From Zootoca vivipara (taxonomy: Eukaryota), in contig NC_083277.1 of assembly GCF_963506605.1 (NCBI RefSeq), positions 78,554,001-78,618,000 on the forward strand: DNA of 64,000 nt. The letters run 5' to 3'. The notes under the pieces are model-generated. The model had not been told where the DNA came from and did no database searches. It saw nothing but the letters and a program-made list of their open reading frames with translations. The position numbers were made by a program, and so were the translations under genes. Positions within the stretch are counted from its first letter, which is position 1. Every line of letters starts with the position of its first letter. This document shows, piece after piece, positions 24,585 through 37,621 of the stretch.

Positions 24585-25759
24585 ATCTACAGGAATGCTT
24601 GCACCCCCCCATTTTCACCCACTGTTTGTCAGTCTGTTCATTTACATGTGCATATTTCAGGGGGCCAATTATGCAAACCATCAGTAACATTCTGATATAG
24701 CATAAGCAAGAAAAAACCATGGAGAAAACCTAAAGAAAAAGAAGAGGTGAGCCTTTAGCTAAACTATAATACTCTAGAATGGAATAACAGTGGCAGAATT
24801 TAAAAATGCTGCAAGCTGGTGTCTTGGAGTTTGCTTATCTCAGGTCTCATAGCTGCTAAAAATACTTTGCAGTTTTTTTCTCTTTTATCACAAGTCTATA
24901 TGAAAGGAAGTTTTAAATGCCTATTTCTTCTTTTTACCCAGGGAAGTCATTTTGATCTGTAAATCAAATATGTATTTAGCTACCTGTAAATATAAGATTG
25001 ATCTCCTTTCTCCATTATTTATTTTTAGAGGGGTGTTATTTACCCAGTTCAAATTATTGTTTTGTTATGTGCACTGCAGAGTGGAGCTCAGTACTCCTCA
25101 AGCGTGCCCGAGTGGGGAAAAAAATCTGAGGCCAAAGGTATCCATTTATATCCTCCCTTCAAAAGGATATTCTGAAAATGACACAGCATGGACAATAGCA
25201 GCATAAGCTGCAACCCAGACAGACAAATTGACTCATAACATTATTGAATGTGCCCAGGATAGCACATTTTGTTTCTCAGAACTGAGCTCATATTGACCAA
25301 TATCAAGGAAGTTTGGAAGATTTAAGACCCAGACACAGTGAAGCTGTGGTGGTGCTGGGTTAAATTGGGCCACAACTCTATTGAACATGTATCCATGTGA
25401 TCAACGAGCCCACCAGCTGATTGACAAGCTGTCATTCAACCACTGTTGCGGTCTGTCACAGTGTGAACAGCTTCCAGTGGACCTCATCCAGTCACAAGTA
25501 GGGGGTGCTGTGACCCACCAGCCTTGAAGCTGAGCTTCTGGAAAGCACCACCCTCCAAGGCCCCTTAAGGGGATCCATGCTGGCCCCTTAAGGGGATCCA
25601 TGCTGGCTCCTCCCTACTAAGGATCCACTCCAAAGTTGTGAAGATTGCTTTGAGGAAGGAAAAAACCCCACAGGACCCAGCCAAATCCACCTGTGGTCGA
25701 AATTCCCCCCAAGCCCTGAAGCCAGCAACTAACTGTTGTCCATAGGAAGGCACTCATCT

Positions 25760-25930
25760 GCACCACCAAGAACAGCTCTGGCTCTGTCCAGTGTACTTTG
25801 ACAATCTTTAAGAAGCTGTGGCATGTTGAGCAAACACCCCATGGATGAATAAGTGTTTGCTCAATATGCCACAGCTTCTTAAAGACTTTCAAAATACACT
25901 GGACTGAGCCAGAGCTGTTCTTGGTGGTGC
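25760..25930. repeat. Long inverted repeat (~78-bp arms, ~15-bp loop)
   Basis: gcaccaccaagaacagctctggctc...gagcaaacac paired with gtgtttgctc...gagccagagctgttcttggtggtgc. Confidence 0.9.
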
Positions 25931-26999
25931 CATGGGTGAGTTCAGCTGCCTTGGTCTTATTTATGCCCACATGTCATTCAGAGAAGATGTGTTGAGCTAA
26001 GGTTAACACAATGTTTAGCCAGGCAGACTAGACATCATCCCAAAATGATATACTTCCTTCTCTAGATTTTCCTTCTGTGGATCATCCACAATCAGCTGAG
26101 TAGGAAGAGTATCTTCTTCCAACCTCCACTTCAGGAAACCCTCATTCTTTTCCATAGACAAACTGGCAGGAAATGAGGTGGAAATGTACTCCTCACACTG
26201 CCTTCCCTGTGGGGCAGCTCATTTTCTTGTGCTGCGCTCCTGATGGAACAGTTCCAGGCCCATCCCACTGTTCTTATTTTTGACAGAAACCTCTGAGGTA
26301 AGCACAGTGCATCTTGACACTGCATGGGAAGGTCACAACCAGAAATCCTTGTCTGGTACCCCATGTAGTTAGTGACCCATGTAGGGACTAAACCCATGTA
26401 GTGACAAATCACTATATCATGGGTTCACTTCAACATCATCTGAAAAGTGACAGGTGTGATGTATCTCAGAGTATAAATGCCGAGGATGAAGGATTATCAG
26501 ATCCTTTGGGCTCCTTGACTCCTTCAGAAGGAAGGGTGGGATATAAATTCAATAAAAATATAAACAATAACAATTCACAAACAAGTGATGTAATACTAAA
26601 TAATTCACATTAATTGTATTTCACATGAGTAATAATAATAGATTTCACATCAATTACAGTGCTTTGAAAGTAGTACACTGAAGTTTATGAAACATCCCAA
26701 GTGCTCAGAAATCAAAACCTTTACCAATGTTCAATGCTGCATGAATTCACATTACAGCCTTTTGCTTGCTTGCATCTTAATGTGCCCTAAGGTATAATTT
26801 ACTCGGTACAGTACTTAATAAGGTTAAGCGTCCCACAACACATTGTGTACCTTGATTAAAACACAGCCTAAGTAAATGACTAAATACAACAATGCTTTGT
26901 GGGATAGGCAAGGGTTCTGGAGATATGGAATTTGACATTTTGAGGGCTTCCATTTCAAATATCAGAGAATATGAGGAGGAGCAATATGGAGCAATAATA

Positions 27000-27080
27000 T
27001 TTAATGTTGTATTGTTTTAATATTCAATTGGGAGCCGCCCAGACTGGCTGGGGAGACTCAGCCAGATGGGCGGGGTATAA

Positions 27081-27126
<46 letters not shown>
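27000..27126 (+). mobile_element. L2-type 3' tail with (TTA)n
   Basis: gggagccgcccagactggctgggg...cagatgggcggggtataaa(tta)n. Confidence 0.8.
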
Positions 27127-27127
<1 letters not shown>

Positions 27128-27270
27128 GGTGCAATGCATTAATTTCTTACTCCACACGTGCTTGCATGTTAGAATGATCACATGTTCAAAATAATTGGTA
27201 AGTTGATTTTTATAATACATTCTACCATTTGCAATACCAAGCTGTACATAGCAGGTCACACTTCCTAGGT

Positions 27271-27408
27271 CAGTGTTTCTCAACCAGTGTGCCTCCAGAT
27301 GTTTTGGGACTACAACTCCCATCATTCCTGACCACTGGTCTTGCTAGCTAGGGATGATGGGAGTTGTAGTCCCAAAACATCTGGAGGCACACTGGTTGAG
27401 AAACACTG
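27271..27408. mobile_element. Young palindromic hAT MITE (138 bp)
   Basis: 8-bp TSD tcctaggt; essentially perfect ~54-bp inverted arms from cagtgtttctcaaccagtgtgcctccagatg. Confidence 0.95.
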
Positions 27409-29051
27409 TCCTAGGTTACTGTGTCTAATAACCTGAGTATATTTAGAAGTCAGGACATCATAGCATAGAAAAATTAGAACTAGAAATAATCCATTTGATT
27501 GTTTACCCACTATTCTATCATTTGAATTATTTATGAGTTATGGATGGAACCATAGCTGCCAAGTTATCCCTTTTTTACAGGGATTTTCCCTTATGCTGAA
27601 TAGGCTTCCTCGCGAGAAAAGCAAAAACTTGGCAGCTATGGATGGAACAACCATGCATACATGCACTGTGTGAAAAATCCCCCCCCCCTCTATCTGGTGC
27701 TTATTCTCTTTAGATATTTGTAGATTAGAAGTTTTCAACGATTTTAGACCTGGGACATACATTTAGCTGAAACATGCATTTTGGAAACCACTTCTTAATT
27801 TTTAACCATACATTTGAATAGTGATAGTGTTCCAGGTAAAACCCACAGGTCAGGCTGTGACCCCGTAGCATACCCTGATTAATTAGCAGCAGACAAATGT
27901 TGTGTACTGCTATAATGTTTATCCTTCCCTCTGTTTCTTCTGTTTCACCACAGTTTTTGTGGCCAAAGCATCCAGGTTTGTACTGTAATGACAAATGCCC
28001 ACTCAACATACTACATTACTTTCAGCTTTTGATCAGGCTTTGATAAAATACCAAGTTTATTAGTACAAGAAGAACATCTGGCCAGTTTTCAACAGCAAAA
28101 TGTGCACTCACCCCTGCATACAGGGAGACAATGCTTCTTATATAGCCAGCCCTATGCATGTTTACTCAGATGCAAGTCCCACTCTTTTCAGTGAGGTTTT
28201 CAACCTAAGAGGTTTACATTTACTTCCGCACTGCAAAAAGGTAGCATAAGACAGAGTTATCTTACTGTTCATATTTCAAGGGCTAACATGTGTCTCTCTC
28301 AGTTTGGAAGGCTATCATCTTTTTAAAGTAGTTGCTGGCTTCATCCTGGGCTCTGTCAATTATGAAAGGTCATTCTGCACAACCAAGGAGGCAGGACCTG
28401 AAACAGCTGGTGTGTGAAAAGCTTGACAGAGGGTTTCTTAAAAACTGCTGGCCTGGCAATATTAGCCTTAAATTAAGTGAATGAAAAGGAAAAGGCAGCA
28501 AACCTTTCAGACTTCTTCTGCTACCATGTCATATCTTTTTGAAGTTTGTTTTATTATTGCAGAGAAGAACATATGGGTTCAAATATAATATTAAAAGGTT
28601 TTATTTGGGATGTCACTCAAAAAGATCATTATTTTTTTTATATCTGATGAGATGGCCTCTATATCACAAAAGCTGATGACATAATAAAATTTGTTACTAT
28701 TTTTAAGGTGTCACAATACTCTTTTTGCTGTACATTTGGTTTAAAATTTTGCTCTTTTCTAGCTGCTCCTAAATCATCCATTTCTTTCTTTTTTGCTCTA
28801 GTCTTAGAGACTGCCAGTACATGATAAATGTGGTAATCTCCCCCTACCCCCGGCAAGACTCCTGTGTCATCAGCATTTGTATTGCAGGCAGAAAAATTCA
28901 ACAGGTGAGGACTCTTAGGTCTTCATCTCTGTGACAGGAAAGGGTCTGCTTACCGAGCTTCTGCCTGTTGTGCTACACAAGGGCCTTAACAGAAGGAGCA
29001 GCAGCAAGCCCACAGGGGAGTAAACTGGAAATAATTCCCTCCATTGTGATA

Positions 29052-29293
29052 CAGTGGTACCTCTGGTTAAGAACTTAATTTGTTCCGGAGGTCCATTCTT
29101 AACCTGAAACTGTTCTTAACCTGAAGCACCACTTTAGCTAATGGAGCCTCCTATGGCTGCCGCGTCACCAGAGCACGATTTCTATTCTCATCCTGAAGCA
29201 AAGTTCTTAAACTGAAGTACTATTTCTGGGTTAGTGGAGTCTGTAACCTGAAGCATCTGTAACCTGAAACATTTGTAACCCGAGGTACCACTG
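29052..29293. mobile_element. Tigger-like Tc1/mariner MITE
   Basis: TA|cagtggtacctc ... gaggtaccactg|TA, with internal aacctgaa repeats. Confidence 0.9.
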
Positions 29294-30144
29294 TACTGTG
29301 TTTGAAATCTATTCATGATTAGGATTACCAACTGGCCGTAAGAAGTATGTCCTACCTAGCTTGGGCTTGTGTCTTTAACAGCAGTTCACTCTTCAAGAAT
29401 CAGCAAGTGAAAACTTCTATGGCTCTGAGATAAATTTTAGTGCTTGCTAATATATGCATATCAATCCACAGCTAAGGGAAAAGAAGGCTGGGGTTGGGGT
29501 GGGGAAGGAGTTGGCAACTCTATTCATGATGTTAACTACCCTCAGCATAACTGATCAAAAATTTAGAGTTTATATGGTGACCTGAAAGCCCTCAGCATAT
29601 ATTTTATAAACAAAATTGGTTTGTGCTTTCCTTCAAATATACAGATTTCTAAAGGAAAATGACCACCCTACCAGTTCTCCATATAATCTCTGCTTTATCT
29701 TAGTTTCCAATTGAGGGAAACATGGAAGCAATAATCTATTTCTTCAGAAGCAATCCCCATGTTGTCTCCTCTCACTCTGGTTATGCCTGGTTTTTGCATC
29801 TCTTTAAGATTTCTAAGCTATCCACAGTGTGGGATGTGAAGTTCAGTAGTCCATATTATTGTTGCTCAGAACTGCTAGGGATATGTATTAAAGCTGACAT
29901 TGCAGGATAAGGTCCTTTTTAAAACTGTTGCAATTTTGCCAGATATGGCAGTACAAGTGGAATTCATGGAAAAGAACTGCTGCAGTCAAATGATGCAAGT
30001 AACAATACTCCTGGCACTGGACCATGAATAGTGTTTTTAATATACTCAAATGAAATACATTTATTTTAAAGCCTTAACTACAAGTTGTGGTACGTGAAAG
30101 ACTGGCTGTTCTACAAATAGCAAAAGATGCAGCTGAATCCTCAC

Positions 30145-30267
30145 CTTTACCTCCAGATGGCATTGTTGCTACATCATCAGAGCCTGGCAATCCAGTCCGT
30201 ATCCCATTGTTAAAGGTATGTCCATCTGCTGGTTGTAGCTGCCAGTTTAGCCCAAGCATATGCATTG
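30145..30267 (-). CDS. TENM2: Teneurin-2 internal coding exon (123 bp, phase 1-1): end of TM helix plus juxtamembrane stalk
   Basis: Translates to (A)[40 protein letters not shown](G), near-identical to the TENM2 stalk as I recall it. Acceptor ctgtgtcttgcag, donor AAG|gtgagg. Confidence 0.96.
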
Positions 30268-31166
30268 CTGCAAGACACAGAAAGCCGGGAAAAATAAACA
30301 TACAATGTATACATTACAAAAGTCATGAGGGAAGAGAAAACCATTTTAAAATAAAGCTGCTTCAGGAGGGGGGGGAAGCTTTTTTTCAGGGCAGGAAATG
30401 TAATGCATGGGAGTAATGTATTTTATATTTGCTGAACTGCTTCAGTGTAGTGACAACCAAAAATAAATAGATAAGACCACATATAATAAAAATAATTGGA
30501 TAAGTAAGAGACAAAAAATGGTTCATTAACATGCCACTATAAATCAAGTATAAAGACAAAACATTCCTCAAAATAAAATCATTTTATTTTGTTGTCCAAA
30601 GACTGCAATAGTGTGCAAATCAGATAGAAGTCAGTTCCACTGAATAAGGGGGACTTACTGCTGAGTAAACATGCCAAGAATACAGTTGAAGTCTGACAGC
30701 TGCCTCTATTTAGAACTGAAATGTGCGTAATACATTTCACAATAAATGCAAAGCCTTTCTTCAGTGTTTTAATGTACAGTGTTCATTGTTTTATCTCATT
30801 GTGTAGAGGACATTTAAAACTCACTGGGGAAAGCAACTGTTTAATTAACAGTAACTATTAGCCGTTGATTAATCAGAATTTTTTTTGCTTTCATGTCATT
30901 GTCTTTACCTTTTGGGAAGACACCTAAGCACTATAGAAATGGGGGGTGGAAAAAAAATAGCCAAGTCTAAAGCCAAAGCACAGTTTTAAGAGTTTGAAAA
31001 TAGTATGAGAGAAGCATTGTTTTATAGGTTATATACTCCTTTCTTTTGTGTCCGTGTTGCTTCTGGATAAACAGACTTCTTAAAAGCACATATGAACAAA
31101 GAGCCATTTCACATGTTACATTTTATAGGTGCTTAAGATGTTTACACCTAAAATTGTATAGTATGA

Positions 31167-31671
31167 GGGCCACACTACATGTTATGCTAAATTCTTAGCA
31201 TGCTGCTACAGATGTGCTTTTGTCTTTATTCAATTATAGGTGCAGTGGGATAGTCATCAAGACTGCAGCACATGGGGGTATTCTTTTACTCTTCCACTGC
31301 AATCCAGAAATACCCTCCCACCATGCCTACGAGGGTTAGCACCAAAGGGAGCTTCCTCCCACTAGACTTCATTTGCAGGGGGGAATCTTTCTGTCTGGAT
31401 CCCAGCTTGAAAGTGAATGGATAAATGTTTCCTCCTGTATGCTGCAGTACCAAAAGAACCCACCTATATATATACAGTATTTAAAAACCTCACACATGGG
31501 TGTGGCAAGGGGAGGGGTCAGGGGGGCAAATCAAGTAAATAAATAAAATACTTAACTATCTGATGAATCACATAATGGGGAGCTCAGTTCTGCCCCCTGC
31601 CCAAATGATCCTGGTTACGGCCATGCTCAGACATCACTGCTTGCTACAGAAATTAATGTCTAGTTTAGCCC
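31167..31671. mobile_element. Probable PIF/Harbinger-type MITE carrying a nested hAT-like MITE (31495-31625)
   Basis: Termini gggccacacta / tagtttagccc with 3-bp TSD tga. The nested element is bounded by catggg...ccatg and is similar to 1-154. Confidence 0.55.
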
Positions 31672-31892
31672 TGAATATGTTTCCCAACACTGCAATTTGT
31701 CTGCAGCTCCCTGCCTGCTCTTTGTGAAATGGCCCTCAGGTGTGTGTGCCCACCATGAGGAAATAAACATCAACCATATTACCTTAAATTCTCTGAGGAG
31801 CAAAACTGTCTCTTTCAAGTGCAATATATTGAAGTCTAATTACAACACATAGTTTGAAAGTCACAAGCAGCAGGGGTGCTGCTAAGTACTTA

Positions 31893-32251
31893 AAGGGTAA
31901 AGGTAAAGGGACCCCTGACCATCAGGTCCAGTCGTGTCCGACTCTGGGGTTGTGGTGCTAATCTCGCTCTATAGGCCGAGGGAGCCGGCGTTTGTCCGCA
32001 GACAGCTTCCGGGTCATGTGGCCAGCATGACAAAGCTGCTTCTGGCGAACCAGAGCAGCGCACGGAAACACCATTTACCTTCCCGCTGGCTATTTATCTA
32101 CTTGCACTTTGATGTGCTTTTGAACTGCTAGGTGGGCAGGAGCTGGGACCGAGCAACGGGAGCTCACCCCGTTGCAGGGATTCGAACCGCCGACCTTCTG
32201 ATCAGCAAGCCCTAGACTCTGTGGTTTATCCCACAGCGCCACCTGGGTCCC
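31893..32251 (-). mobile_element. Full-length Sauria SINE
   Basis: 13-bp TSD tgctaagtactta; head gggacccaggtggcgctgtggg, B-box ggttcgaatccc, (ACCTTT)n tail. Confidence 0.95.
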
Positions 32252-33570
32252 TGCTAAGTACTTAGATACTTATAATATCCAGGGGAAAGATCCATGGTAT
32301 ATATATGCATAAAATTGGCATATGCCAACATGCCCATACCTCCTCAGACGTACAAGGGGAACAGGACGCTCCAGATGCTCCCAGCTTTTAAAGACCCAGG
32401 AGCACTGCCATAAGAATAGCTGGTTGAAAGTAATTGATAGGACAGTGATATTTTAATAGTCCAAAGATTCATATATGGAATATGACTGCTGGCTTGACAG
32501 TACTACATCTGGCCGCCTTTTGAGCTATCCTTGTGGAATCCTTCCTGAGAGACTAATGCCAGGTTTTGTTTACAAAGGAACAGGTCACAGATTACAGATG
32601 CTCATGCTCCTTATGTCATCAACATGAAGGGTTGCCAGAGAACAGCCTTGCATCTTTCAAGTTCCCAGTGCAGAGGGCAGCAAGGGAGCCATGGAATCTC
32701 CTGTCCATTCCTTTTCCAGTCCACTCCTCTGCCCTTTTCAGCAGGACTCCTGATGTGCCTTACTGGAGGGAAGCAGGCAGACAATAGAAGCAGCAAGTGA
32801 TGGCTTTCTTGTGTCACCAGGGAGTTTAAAAGGACGTATATATTCATGAACCCCAAGTTGTGACTCAGCATCCCTAAGGACTATCCATCAACTAACCAAC
32901 CTTCCTTCCTTCAGTATTACCCAGGTGTAGCAAATTATGAGTATTACCCAGGTGCAGCAAATTATGTAGCTTTGTACCCCATTTCCAATTGCTCAGATCT
33001 ATCTGAAAAACTCGCCTCATTACAACCAGTGCAATAATTAAATGTGCTTTGAATTATTAATGTGCCAGTTAATGAGTTTGGAGGTATTATTCTTCACAAA
33101 TATACTTCATTCCTAGTCTGTGTTGAGCACTAAATGGTTTGGCTGAGTTTCGTTCTCTACCTTACAAATGGCCAGTCAGCCGTTGAAGGACTGGAAAGAG
33201 GACACAGTGGGTTAATTTTTAAAAACAGTTTCTCTCAGGAGAGTCTGGTTCAAATGTAGCAGGGGTCACAAGTGAAATGAATTTGGTAGGCCTAGTCTCC
33301 AATGGTAGTTATGGCTACAGTTCAGAAGGAATGTACAATTCATCACCATTGACAGTAGCTACTCAAGAGAGGCCTGCAAATGGAATAGCAGGGTCTTGAG
33401 GGTCAGGATAAAGGGCCAACAGAGCAGCTATGTGGTGAAGCAGGCCCAGGCCTGAAACATTATGTTTGAGGCTGCTTAGTGCAATCAGCCATTAAAAATG
33501 TATGAGTCTAAAGCGACAAAATCCTCCTGGGCTGATTTCCACAAAAATGTTTGAAGGGGTACATATATTA

Positions 33571-33673
33571 GGTAAAAGGTAAAGGACAATGAAGTCCAGT
33601 CAAAGGCTCACTATGGGGTGAGGCGCTCATCTTGCTTCAGGCCAAGGGAGCCGGCATTTGTCCACAGACAGCT
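33571..33673 (-). mobile_element. 5'-truncated older Sauria SINE
   Basis: ggtaaaaggtaaagg tail plus ggccaagggagccggcatttgtccacagacagct, similar to 31893-32010. Confidence 0.8.
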
Positions 33674-34666
33674 TTAATAAGCACCCCACACAAACATCCA
33701 CATCCGTGTGGTGTTTTTCCCTCATACAAAACAGAATGAGCATAGCTAGATGCAACTCTGATTTTGCTAACAAGCAATACAGTTGTTGAGACATTGAGCA
33801 ACACATAGGGAAACAAGAGATCGTATCCTTCACGTACTGAGGTCACAGCAGCTTTGTGGGGCATTGCTAAACTGTTCTCACACAGAAGTGTCTGGTAAAG
33901 GATAAAGAACCAATCAATACGTATTAGATGAAATATGTGGAGTGACATCGTCATCTGCTTGTGTAAACACAGTAGCCAGCTACACACTGTGTTTAGAGAG
34001 AGGGTTATCAAGAGCTGAAGATTTTTTTAAGGATCAGCATTGTCAATATATAGCAGGAGAAGAAAATACCCACTGCTCATCTTAAATGAAAGACAGTTAA
34101 GTTTGCAAGGCCAAGTCTTCAATAGATACTAGGATCTTTACTTATAATAAAATTTGTTTTACACAACATCATTGGTTCGGACTTTATAACTGTGAATCAG
34201 ACCCCAGAAGATTAGTACTACAAGTAAATATAAAGAAAGCAAGAAAAGTACATTGCTGTAAAAGGTGTACAAATGATTTTTTGTTAAACATTACTACTGG
34301 GAAATTAAAACCTAAACAATGGGGTCACTTTCTACACATGTTTGCTCTTCACTTGGAGAACTGGCATGTGTCAGTTTTAGAATTTTATGGTTTAACTGTT
34401 AATAGGTGATGTCAGCTGATGGGTGAGGTTCAATCCAGTGTGACAGTGCTTTGCAAGCACATTCCCTGTGGGTTGTATGCTGATAAAGCAGACCCTGCAG
34501 AAAGCAGGATCAAACCCTTCCCACACATCAGCTGTCAAGCAGAGAGTTTAATTCTGCTGGGTGCTTTTTTTGCCAGCATGTTCTCTGTGGGGAATGGGCT
34601 GGTGGGCTCCTGTGGGTCTACCGTCACTGGTGGTTGGGATCTCCTACTCATAAGTCACCTGACATA

Positions 34667-34906
34667 GGGAGGAATTCATGCAGCACTAAAAAGATTCCCC
34701 CCCCCCAGTGCAAGCATGCCTGTTTGCGTAATGGAACAATCTGCCCTCTCCTCCCTTTGCACACAGTTCTACATTCTTCTGACCCCTCACAATTGGGGAG
34801 GTGAAGGGGTCATGTAAGGGGAGGAGAGGGGGGGGGAGTTGCCTTGCAGTAGCAGAAGTTCTTGCACAGGCTTCCACTGGCAGGGCTTGTTGGTTGAATT
34901 CTGCCC
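34667..34906. mobile_element. Probable Harbinger-type MITE
   Basis: TIR gggaggaattca / tgaattctgccc, flanked by ata on both sides. Confidence 0.55.
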
Positions 34907-36304
34907 ATAAACATGATGTCAAATTATTGACATCCCTGCTGACCTATCAAAGTTCGCCTGTGGAATGAGGGAGATAAAGATCTGGCCCATCAGGCTAAAA
35001 AGTTTCGCCACCTTTGGTTTAATCCGTGAGATCTGTCTTGTAACTGGCCTGTAAATGCAAGTCACATTTGTTCAGATGCTGCTTCTCTGGGCTGCCCTGA
35101 AAGCACAGGGATCTTTAAGCATCGACATGTTCTTTCAGTACATTCAACCCGGACCTCTTGGCTTCTTAACAGCCTTGTGGTGCTACCGGTATAACTTATG
35201 TTGTGGCATAACGTGCCTTGCAATGTTAACCCAATTACCAATCATTCTCCATCACAGATGCCTCATGTATTGTTTTTAAATCCCAGAAGATCTACAGGAT
35301 CAAATTACTCAAGGCATTTCCCACAGAAAGCTATTCTGTATGTGCCACTGGCTGTTTTTGTAGGCTTCAGAAAGAGTCATAAAAAGGCTGCTTGATGGCC
35401 CAATTCCAAAGCTAAAACCTTGTACTCAATTGATATTTTTTTTTTTAAATCTAAACATGGTTAACAAATGGTTGAGGACCAGTTTTAGTTATGGGAATGG
35501 AAGAGGCACATAATGGTAAGCTTAGGTGTCACAAATGATAGTCTTTACATGTCTTTAGAGGGTATAATTTCATGTAAGTGGTAAAATTAGCTAGGTGTCA
35601 CTACACAGGGACTCTAGATTAGGCAATCTAATGCCAGAAAGCTGCTAAATCGGTATATCTCAATGATAAAAATGTAGCTTTGCAAATGTGTGTTGCTGTA
35701 TGCTACAAGCGGCAAGGCATGATTGTTCTCAAATTATATTTTCCAAGATTATGGCTGCAAACCTATATACTCTTCCTTGTGAATAAGTCATTTTTAGCTC
35801 AATGGCATCTACTTCTATGTAATAATCATAGTGTGTATGATCATTTTAGTATGTGCATTAAATCACACACACTGAGTTCATGTTCTGCTGTACATGTTGA
35901 TGTTTACTCTAGAATAAAGCATCTTACTTGCTGCTTGATATACAGGTGGAAGAAGGCAAGAGAATGAGGAATTTATTTCATTTTCATTTATCTGTTATCC
36001 ATCCACAGCTACTTCTGTCAGTAGGTGGGGAAAACAGGGGAACAGCATGGATGAAGGATGAATGATAGCAACCAACAGCCGGGGGTGGGGGTGGGCAGTA
36101 AGGAAGAGTCCAGGTTCCTTTAAAATGTATGCCTTGCTTCATTTTGGATCCCTGTTTCCAAAAAGGGAATGGGAGTCATCTAATGCTTTTCAGCGTACTA
36201 ATATGTAGAAGAGGATTTGGGTGAAATAAACACAAAATCGTCTTTCAAAACTGAGTCAGTGATATTTCTTCTCCAGGCCTGCATTGCGTGAATGGAATGG
36301 AATG

Positions 36305-36398
36305 AATTTTCAAAGCAAGGCACGACAGATACGCCCACAAATCCCATTAGCTGTAATGGGATTTGTGTGCCTATCGCCCATGCAATGCTTTGAAAATT
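36305..36398. repeat. Palindromic ~94-bp hairpin, probably an old MITE
   Basis: Perfect outer arms aattttcaaagca / tgctttgaaaatt and perfect inner arms cacaaatcccatta / taatgggatttgtg. Confidence 0.8.
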
Positions 36399-37621
36399 TA
36401 CCCCTCCGTGTCCAATTTTAGTCTTTCTGCTTCCAAAATACTTGAAAAGCTTACACACACTTGGAATTACATTACAGTTTTTTTAAAATAATAAAATAAA
36501 ATAAAAATCACAAGATCTGGCTTTAAATTCCCTGAAGCACCACCAGAAAGCATGTTTAAAAAGAACTGGAACAATAGTAACAACCTGCATTATCATTAGT
36601 TTTCTATCTTCTATTCTGACAGCAATGAGAACAAACTTCTGTTTCATTCTCTTTTTGTATTTCTTCCCTTCGGTCCTCTTGAAGAAATGTTTTGATTTTG
36701 TGCCACTTTGCGAATGCAATTTTCGTCACAAGAATGATAACAGCACTGCATGCTGCATTCAGAATTTGAAATCTTAGGACAAAGGCTGTGCAAGAGAACA
36801 TATTGCAGCAACACCATTCATCTATTCTCATGACAGACCTTAGATTGTACAGAGAGCAGAAAATTGGCACGAGATTCATCAATTCCTGAAACCAAATATA
36901 ATGAGCCTGCTTTTGTGGCCACCTTAAGATTCAAAATGCAGTCTCTTTGCCCTGTGTCCTCTTTGGCTAGAGGACCTGAATGAAAATAAAGAACAAGAAT
37001 AATACATTATATTTTACATGGAAAAGGACACACATGTCAAATATAGTCTACAATCCATTTGCCCATCAGTCCCTTTTTACTCTGCATCAATTCCACATGT
37101 GTTATCTTCGATATACAACATAATGCCAGTACTTCTAAGATTCTAACACACATTTTAATTTGTATCTCACTGCATCACAGTAAACCAAAACAAGTAACAA
37201 CTTATTATTGACAGATCCATTAAAATATGCAAAACACAAAATTTGGGGAACCAAACAAAAGCGTCTTTAATTACCACTGACCAAGCAAGCATGAATGAAT
37301 TTGGTCTAAAAAAGTAATATTGCAGGTAGAATTAGGACCTTGTTTACATGTGTGCAAAACAACTTTGTTGTGTGTGATAAATACAGCAGTAAGAATGTAA
37401 CAGCCCTGCTGATTCAGACCAAAGATTTATCCAGTCCAGATTTCTGTTCTAACAATGAACAACCAGGTGCCTATGCAAAGCCCACAAGCAAGATATGAAT
37501 GCAAAAGCACTCTCGAACCCATGTGGAACCCTCAACTGGCATTCAGAGGCACACTGCCTCTGATACTGGAGGTAATATATATCCATCTTGCAAAGTAGCC
37601 ATTTATAACCAACTACCATTA

